From positions 832,001-896,000 of the forward strand of contig CAWDVE010000010.1 in the NCBI GenBank assembly GCA_963805625.1: a stretch of 64,000 nt of DNA. The letters run 5' to 3'. The notes below the pieces were generated by a model. The model saw only the letters and a program-made list of their open reading frames with translations. It made no database searches and was not told the origin of the DNA. Every line of letters begins with the position of its first letter. The first letter of the stretch is position 1. The stretch is from an uncultured Candidatus Rokubacteria bacterium. GTDB taxonomy: Bacteria > Methylomirabilota > Methylomirabilia > Rokubacteriales > DASRDR01. Positions 57,929 to 64,000 of this stretch are shown in pieces. The position numbers and the translations under genes are program-made.

Positions 57929-57952
57929 CCCCGGTCCACCCACGGAGGACTC

Positions 57953-58717
57953 GTGCGTCCGAACAGTCTCAAGGCCAAGCTGCGGGCCGGCCAGCGTGTG
58001 GTCGGCGCCCTCATCACGATCAACAGCCCCGAGCTGGTCGAGACGTTCGGCCACCTCGGCTACGACTTCGTGTTCATCGACGGCCAGCACGGCGGCCTCG
58101 GCGTCGAGACCGCCCGAGAGCTGATCCGCGCGGCCGAGCTGACCGGGATGACACCGCTGGTACGCGTGCGGAAGAACGACGCGGCGGAGATTCTCGAGTA
58201 CCTCGACCAAGGGGCGGGCGGGGTGATCGTCCCCGACGTGACGAGCCGGGCCGAGGTGGAGGCCGCCGCAAAGGCGACGCGCTATCCGACGCGGGGAACC
58301 CGGGGCGCCATGGCCATGTCCCGCGCGGCGTTCTACGGAGTACCGCAAGCGGGCGCCGCATACTACCGGCAGGCGGACGAGGAGATCCTCTGCTGCGCCA
58401 TCTTCGAGAACCACGCGGTGCTCGGGGAGCTCGACGCCGCCGTCCGGGTCCCGGACCTCGACGTGGTCGTGATCGGCCCCGGTGATCTGTCCATGTCCAT
58501 GGGCATCCCGAACGGCTGGAAGGATCCGCGCGTGCAAACCGAGGTAACGCGGATCCACGCGGCGGCCCGCGCGGCGGGCAAGCCCGCCATGATCGTGGCC
58601 CTGGACCACGACGACGGCCGGCGCCTCCTCGCCGAGGGCTACCAGGCGCTCCTGGTCGTCAGCGGACCGCTCCTCGTGAACGCGGCCCGGAGCTTCCTCC
58701 AGGTTCTTCGCTCCTAG
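57953..58717 (+). CDS. HpcH/HpaI aldolase family protein
   Basis: DFVFIDGQHG, LVRV, RYPTRGTRG, IGPGDLS. Confidence 0.9.
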   Translation: MRPNSLKAKLRAGQRVVGALITINSPELVETFGHLGYDFVFIDGQHGGLGVETARELIRAAELTGMTPLVRVRKNDAAEILEYLDQGAGGVIVPDVTSRAEVEAAAKATRYPTRGTRGAMAMSRAAFYGVPQAGAAYYRQADEEILCCAIFENHAVLGELDAAVRVPDLDVVVIGPGDLSMSMGIPNGWKDPRVQTEVTRIHAAARAAGKPAMIVALDHDDGRRLLAEGYQALLVVSGPLLVNAARSFLQVLRS

Positions 58718-58733
58718 GACGAGGAGACCGGTC

Positions 58734-59753
58734 ATGCGCGCCGCGACCTGGCACGGAGAGAGCCGATTCACGCTCGATGACCTGCCCGAGCCCACCCCCG
58801 GCCCTGGACAGGTGCTGATCGCCGTCGACACGGCGGGCATTTGCGGGAGCGACATCCACGCCACGCAGGGGCTCTTCCCTCTGACGCCGCCCCGGGTGAT
58901 GGGGCACGAGTACAGCGGGACCGTGCTGGCGGTGGGTCGTGGCGTGAGCCGAAACCTCGTGGGGCGGGCGGTTGCCTGCGAGCCGAACTACGGCTGCGGC
59001 GCTTGCAATGATTGCCGCGCGAGCCGCATCAGCCAGTGCCAGCAGGCCGTGCGGGTGGGCGGCTTCGCCGAGCGCGTCGTGCTCCCCCGGTACTGCGTGC
59101 ATCCCCTCCCCAAGGGGCTCGATTCCAGCACGGCGGCCCTCGCCGAGCCGGCGGCCTGCTGCCTCGAGGGGCTCGAGATGGCCCGGATGCGCCGAGGCGC
59201 GATCGTGGTCGTGATCGGGGGCGGCATCATGGGCCTCCTGACGCTCGCGCTCGCGAAAGCGCGCGGCGCGGGGACGGCGATCCTGTCGGATCCGGTCGCC
59301 AGCCGTCGCTCGGCTGCCGGGCGCCTCGGTGCCGATCTCACGGTGGACCCTACCGCCGAGGATCTTGCCCGAGTGGTGGACCGCGCGACCGGCGGCCGCG
59401 GGGTCGACCTCGCCTGCGAAGCGGTCGGGAAGCCCGAGCTCCTGGCCGCGGCGGCGCGACTCGTGCGCCCGCGCGGCGTCGTGCAGCTTGTCGGCGTCTG
59501 CCCGAAGGGAAGCACCCTTCCCGTCGACCTTTTCGATTTTCACTTCCGCGAGCTGACCCTCACCGGCGCCTATGGTCGCGGGACAGCCTTTCGCCGCGTA
59601 CTACCGCTCCTGACCAGGATCGGCGCCGCGAGTCTCGTGACCGACCGGTATCCCCTCGAGCGCATCACCGAGGCGTTCGCCCACGCGGCCGCCGGACGGG
59701 GCCTCAAGACGGCCATCACCCCCGGCAGTGCCAACCCAGGGAGCCACGCTTGA
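58734..59753 (+). CDS. Zn-binding (sorbitol/threonine-type) dehydrogenase
   Basis: GICGSD, GHEYSG, CGACNDC, AEPAAC, GGGIMG. Confidence 0.92.
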   Translation: MRAATWHGESRFTLDDLPEPTPGPGQVLIAVDTAGICGSDIHATQGLFPLTPPRVMGHEYSGTVLAVGRGVSRNLVGRAVACEPNYGCGACNDCRASRISQCQQAVRVGGFAERVVLPRYCVHPLPKGLDSSTAALAEPAACCLEGLEMARMRRGAIVVVIGGGIMGLLTLALAKARGAGTAILSDPVASRRSAAGRLGADLTVDPTAEDLARVVDRATGGRGVDLACEAVGKPELLAAAARLVRPRGVVQLVGVCPKGSTLPVDLFDFHFRELTLTGAYGRGTAFRRVLPLLTRIGAASLVTDRYPLERITEAFAHAAAGRGLKTAITPGSANPGSHA

Positions 59754-59758
59754 CCAGC
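59693..59758 (+). repeat. Direct repeat copy 1 (3' end of the Zn dehydrogenase gene)
   Basis: 66 bp; 53/66 identical, ungapped, to 62996-63061. Confidence 0.85.
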
Positions 59759-59841
59759 CGCACCCTCCGAGCTCCCCGTCGTCGGGTCGCGCCGATCCCG
59801 CCGGCACCAGGATTTGTGCCGCGCGGCGCAGTGGGTACACG

Positions 59842-59892
59842 GAGCCGGCGCTTCTCGATCTCCAGATCGTAGCGGGCCCTTAGGTTCAGCCA
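59842..59892 (-). pseudogene. higA: HigA antitoxin C-terminal remnant
   Basis: WLNLRARYDLEIEKRRL resembles the HigA WLNLQxxYDL motif. Confidence 0.55.
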
Positions 59893-60178
59893 GAGACACC
59901 GCCAGTTCGGTCACGCCAGCAGGAGGCCGGAGGACCGCCCTTCGAGCATCGCCACGCCGGCGTCCCCTTCGAGGGCGCTTCTCCACCCAAGCGAGGTCGA
60001 GGCCATTCGGAGGGCCCTTATGTCGACTCGCTCACGACGTTGCGGCCTCGAGGTACCCGAGGTGACAAGCCCGTTCCCGGCCGTTCCACGCTCCCCAACG
60101 GGGGCCTCGGATGCCGATCGTGTCTCGTCAACGTCGAGTGCTTCGAAAGATTCCCGGGCTGAAAGACGACGACACCTC

Positions 60179-62827
60179 TCAGCGCAGGGTGAAGGCCTCC
60201 AGCGTGGCGGAAAGCGTCCGCGCCCGTCCAACGCTGGCAACCACGCGGCCTGTGCCCGCGGCCTCCACGGCGGAACCGGCCGGGGCTCCCTTGACCCCGA
60301 TGAGCGCGTGGGACATCCAGAGGCTGCCACGGAGGTCCTGCTGGCCACCCACCGATCTGAGCGCGGCCACACCCTCCGCCGTCAGCCGACCGCCGCCGTC
60401 AGTCTTGACCCCGGCGATCACGATGATTCCCGCCGGTAGGGCGTTGATGCGCTCAGCCATGCGACGCGACTCCGCTTCACTGCGGAACGTGTCGAAGTTT
60501 TCTGACCACAGCACGTGGCCATCTCCGCCGTCGAGGGCCACGACGTTGTACCCTCGCCGGGGAAGGGCTACCGCCTCGTGCCCGTTGACATGGGCCGAGA
60601 CCAGGCCTCCGCGGCCTTCCTGGTCGCGGCCCGCGCTGACGATCTCGATGTCCACGGGCGACCCCACGCCTGTCGTTCCGATACGGTAAGCCGCGGCCGA
60701 ACCGGCCACGTCCGGCCTCACCTGGTAGCGATGGAGGAAGCGCAGCTCGTTCCGGTCCGCCGCCCGGAAGGGAGGCGACAGAGCGAGGGTACCCGCCCCG
60801 GCGGCGTGGATCCGGTGAAGCGGGTGACCATTGAGGCTGACCTCGACAGACTGCGTCACGTCAGGATCGTCGCCATCGAAATGGAGCACGAACTCGGCCG
60901 TCGCGTGCGCGCGGACGAAGCTGGAGGAGAAGTGGCGGCGAAGGTCGATGCCCGTCTCCGGTGTAACCGTGAGCTCGTAGATGTCGTCCGGACCGAGCTG
61001 GCCGACGAGGCGAAAGCCGGGGAGCCGCTCCTCTCGAAGGCGCTCGGCCAGGTGAGTCGGGTCCGGATGAACCACGATGTAGCGCAACGGGACGATCTGT
61101 CGGACGGCGTGCGCGAATCCGGCCGGATCGAAGATCGGCCGCGTCGCGCCAACGATCTCTTTGGCCGTCGCGAGGGGGAAGCCGCCTCCGCCGTTCACCA
61201 GCAGTTTCCAATCCGTGTTGGCGGCCCAAAACATGGCCCAGTCGTCGACAGCCCCCTCGGCCATTGGCAGCTCGAGCACGGCGAAGTCGCCTGGCTGCGT
61301 GCCCAGCCAGGGATAGACCGGTGGGACGGGAGGAAGGTGGGTCCATGGGAGCGGAAAGACGTTCAGCTCCACCACCATGGCGGCGAGAAGGGCACCGAGC
61401 ACCACACCTCGCCTGAGGGAGAAGCGATCAGCAAGGGCACTCGCGCCGAACGCCACCAGGAGCCCGAGGGGCAGGGCGAACGCGAGACTCCAGCGGCCTG
61501 GCGCCCGAAAGGCCGACGCGCCGGGGATATGGAAGTACACCCAGCGGAAGGGCGCCGTCCCCCAGGGGTGCTCGGCGATCTTGATCGTGGGGGCGAGCGT
61601 GAGGAGGTAGGCGAGCACGGCCAGGAAGAGGGCGACCAGCACCCACTCGCGGGCGATCAGGGGCCCTCCCCGTCGCTGGCGGCCCTCGAGGGCGATGGCC
61701 GCCAGGGCGAGCGCCGGCAGAATGTTCACCGGCAGCGTGAGATCGTGGATGCCGAGGCGGGCCGCGCTCGCCGGCAGGAGGAGGCTCGCAGCGGCGACGA
61801 CGGTCACCACGATCACGCAGAGGCCAGCGCTCGCGGCAAGGATGCGCTGTGTCCGGCCGATCCATCGGGGCGACTCCGCGGCGGATGCGGCGGCGAGCGT
61901 TCCCAGCGCGACGACGACCAGGCCGAGAGCGACGAAGCCGGGAAACAGGCCGCCCTCGGAGCGGTTGAGGTACAGCAGCCGCTTGCCGTAGGCGGTGTTG
62001 AAGACACCGGGGTCGAAGAGTGACAGGAGATCCATGCCGTACCACTCGGCCTCACCGACGTCGCGCTTGAGGCCGAGTTCGCGATGCTGATCGGAGTACG
62101 GCCCCAGGAAGGGGGCGAGGGCGACGATCAGCAGGGCGAGGGCGAGCGCGCTGCGGCGTGCGAGGCGGAGAGTCAATGCCGCGGGCCGCAGGAGGAGGAA
62201 TGCCGCGACGAAACCCAGAAGAACAAATGCCAGCCCGAAGATCTGGTAGAGTCCCGAGAGCGTCTGGGCCCACAGCGCGGCGACGAGCAGGGCCAGGTCG
62301 CGCCAGCGAGCGCCCTGGAGAACGCGGTGGAGGGTCCACAGGATGAGAGGCGGCAAGGCCGCCATCTGGTAGGTGAACTGGCCGAGGTGGTCCATGCGAT
62401 TCGTGAAGAAGGCATAGACCATGCCGGCGAGGAGGCTCGGCAGCACGCGGCGCGTGAGGGAGTAGGCGAGTAGATATGTGAAGGCGCCGCTCGCCGCCAG
62501 GGCGGCGACGACGAACAGGTTGACTACGAACAGGGGGGTGGCGCCCAGCGCAATCAAGGGAGCCGCCAGGAGACCGGCGAAGAACTCCGGCTGCTGGTAC
62601 GCGACAGTGTGCGAATAGGGGTAGTAGAAAGGGAGATCATGGATGCCCAGAGGATCGTGCAGGATCTGGTGGGCGTTCCAGGCGACGATGCTCGTCTCCA
62701 TCATGTAGTCGCCGCCCTTGCCGCGCAGGATGGTCGTCGACAGCTGGAACACGAGGGGATAGGTATATATGGCGGCGACGGTCAGGTAGAAGAACACGAC
62801 CAGTGCGCCGTGCCGTAGCCGCGTCAC
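60179..62827 (-). CDS. GT-C/YfhO-like polytopic membrane protein with a C-terminal ILEI/PANDER-like domain (882 aa)
   Basis: GTG 62827 after GGAGG; multiple TMs, FYYPY, EGGLFPG, FRAPGRW, AVLELP, LVNGGGGF; C-terminus RRGYNVVALD..FDTF..INALPAG..VKTDG..HALIGVKG. Confidence 0.85.
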   Translation of the reverse strand: MTRLRHGALVVFFYLTVAAIYTYPLVFQLSTTILRGKGGDYMMETSIVAWNAHQILHDPLGIHDLPFYYPYSHTVAYQQPEFFAGLLAAPLIALGATPLFVVNLFVVAALAASGAFTYLLAYSLTRRVLPSLLAGMVYAFFTNRMDHLGQFTYQMAALPPLILWTLHRVLQGARWRDLALLVAALWAQTLSGLYQIFGLAFVLLGFVAAFLLLRPAALTLRLARRSALALALLIVALAPFLGPYSDQHRELGLKRDVGEAEWYGMDLLSLFDPGVFNTAYGKRLLYLNRSEGGLFPGFVALGLVVVALGTLAAASAAESPRWIGRTQRILAASAGLCVIVVTVVAAASLLLPASAARLGIHDLTLPVNILPALALAAIALEGRQRRGGPLIAREWVLVALFLAVLAYLLTLAPTIKIAEHPWGTAPFRWVYFHIPGASAFRAPGRWSLAFALPLGLLVAFGASALADRFSLRRGVVLGALLAAMVVELNVFPLPWTHLPPVPPVYPWLGTQPGDFAVLELPMAEGAVDDWAMFWAANTDWKLLVNGGGGFPLATAKEIVGATRPIFDPAGFAHAVRQIVPLRYIVVHPDPTHLAERLREERLPGFRLVGQLGPDDIYELTVTPETGIDLRRHFSSSFVRAHATAEFVLHFDGDDPDVTQSVEVSLNGHPLHRIHAAGAGTLALSPPFRAADRNELRFLHRYQVRPDVAGSAAAYRIGTTGVGSPVDIEIVSAGRDQEGRGGLVSAHVNGHEAVALPRRGYNVVALDGGDGHVLWSENFDTFRSEAESRRMAERINALPAGIIVIAGVKTDGGGRLTAEGVAALRSVGGQQDLRGSLWMSHALIGVKGAPAGSAVEAAGTGRVVASVGRARTLSATLEAFTLR

Positions 62828-62995
62828 CCCCGTGCCTTCCTCCGGTGTGCCTTCGCTTCGCGCGTGGGGCCCATGGTAGCACCCACGCCAACCGCCGATC
62901 GCGCCCCCTTTGGGGGACGGGGGAAACGGCCGAGCAGTGGCATTCTGTCGACCACCCTCGTACACTTTTCCCATGCGACTCCATCCGCGCGAGGT

Positions 62996-63061
62996 CGGAC
63001 GGGGTCGCAAGACGGCCATTACACCCGGCACCCCATCCCCGAGGAGCCACGCATGACCAGC
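62996..63061 (+). repeat. Direct repeat copy 2, containing the cocE SD and start codon
   Basis: Encodes GRGRKTAITPGTPSPRSHA*; GAGGAG..GCATGA overlap. Confidence 0.85.
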
Positions 63062-64000
63062 GTGAATTCGGAGTTCACCGTCCGCCGTGATGTTCCCCAG
63101 ACGATGCGCGACGGGACGGTGCTCCGCGCCGACGTCTACCTGCCCAAGGGGATCGGACCCTTCCCGGCCCTCCTCGAGCGGACGCCCTACAGCAAGGACA
63201 ACTCCCCCGAGTGCCAGGTTGGCTCGCCTCCCTTCTTCGCGTCTCAGGGCTACGCGGTCGTGATCCAGGACGTCAGGGGCCGCTTCGCCTCCGAGGGCCG
63301 CTTCATCCCCTTCCACGACGACGGCTGGGGCACGACCCGCGACGGCTACGACACGGTCGAGTGGATCGCCGCTCAGCCGTGGTGCGACGGGAACGTCGGC
63401 ACCATCGGCGGCTCGTACGCGGGGGCGACCCAGTACCGGCTCGCGCCGACGCGCCCGCCCCACCTCCGCGCGATGTACGTGCGCGAATCCTCCGCGGACT
63501 ACTGGGCAGAGTGGGTCTACCATGGCGGCGCCTTCGAGCTCGGCTTCATGGTCGAGTGGACGTTCAAGTGGACCTACAACAACCTCGCGCGGCTGGCGCG
63601 GAGCCCCGAGGAGCACGCGCGGCGGAAGGGCATCCTCGAGAAGGCACTGCAGGAGCTCCCGAGCTGGCACCGTGAGCTGCCGCTTCATCCGAATCCGCTC
63701 GCCGAGGGCCTGGACGACTGGTACAACGAGTTCCTGGCTCATCCGGACGACGGCCCCTACTGGTGGCGCTGGAACATCGGCCACCGTCACGGCGACATCG
63801 AGACCCCAATCGTCCACATGGGGGGCTGGTTCGACATCTTCCTCGCGGGAACGATCAAGAACTTCGTCGGCACGCGTGCCAAGGCGCGTACCCAGGCAGC
63901 GCGCGATGCGCAGCGCCTCGTCGTCGGGCCATGGATCCACGGGCCGTGGAACATGGCCAAGACCGTCCAGGGCGAGATCGACTTCGGGCCCGAGGCGATC
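63053..64000 (+). CDS. CocE/NonD family hydrolase (runs off the window; absent from the ORF track)
   Basis: MRDGTVLRADVYLP, ERTPY, QDVRGRFASEG, DGYDTVEW, GGSYAG nucleophile, GGWFD, VGPWIH. Confidence 0.93.
   Translation, partial: MTSVNSEFTVRRDVPQTMRDGTVLRADVYLPKGIGPFPALLERTPYSKDNSPECQVGSPPFFASQGYAVVIQDVRGRFASEGRFIPFHDDGWGTTRDGYDTVEWIAAQPWCDGNVGTIGGSYAGATQYRLAPTRPPHLRAMYVRESSADYWAEWVYHGGAFELGFMVEWTFKWTYNNLARLARSPEEHARRKGILEKALQELPSWHRELPLHPNPLAEGLDDWYNEFLAHPDDGPYWWRWNIGHRHGDIETPIVHMGGWFDIFLAGTIKNFVGTRAKARTQAARDAQRLVVGPWIHGPWNMAKTVQGEIDFGPEAI

Larger units (their letters stand above)
59693..63061. mobile_element. Degraded direct-repeat-bounded islet without an integrase
   Basis: Flanking 66-bp repeats, opposite-strand cargo gene, HigA remnant; splits an apparently coupled dehydrogenase-cocE pair. 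Confidence 0.55.

Noticed and set aside
62828-63940. N-terminal 371 aa of the 1253-aa track ORF
   Set aside because: Antisense to the CocE/NonD gene; the real start is most likely GTG 62827, which has an SD.

Overview
High-GC (about 70% by eye), gene-dense bacterial chromosome segment with about 60 mostly catabolic and transport genes. The content resembles Rokubacteria/Methylomirabilota, but that is an unverified inference. I found no rRNA, tRNA, CRISPR array, integrase or transposase. Recognisable modules are: an N-methylglutamate (methylamine) cluster mgsABC-gmaS at 26.8-31.2 kb; three complete and one partial Dpp/Opp-type ABC modules, none with an ATPase gene; kynU, moaA, dusB, ndh, nudC and an HtrA protease; an orphan form II CoxL-type subunit coupled to an acetamidase/formamidase; and many hydrolases and oxidoreductases. 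Less obvious structure: (i) a 3.3-kb islet bounded by a 66-bp, 80%-identical direct repeat of a gene 3' end, carrying a GT-C-like membrane protein with an ILEI/PANDER-like domain and a HigA remnant; (ii) at least six deletion scars in which gene ends or operon junctions survive but the middle is gone; (iii) a consensus sigma-54 promoter with a Met-Ala-stop leader before a DUF6982-like gene; (iv) a 1-bp deletion that removes a dppC stop codon; (v) two tandem duplications that span stop codons. All family assignments come from motif recognition by eye; no database searches were run.
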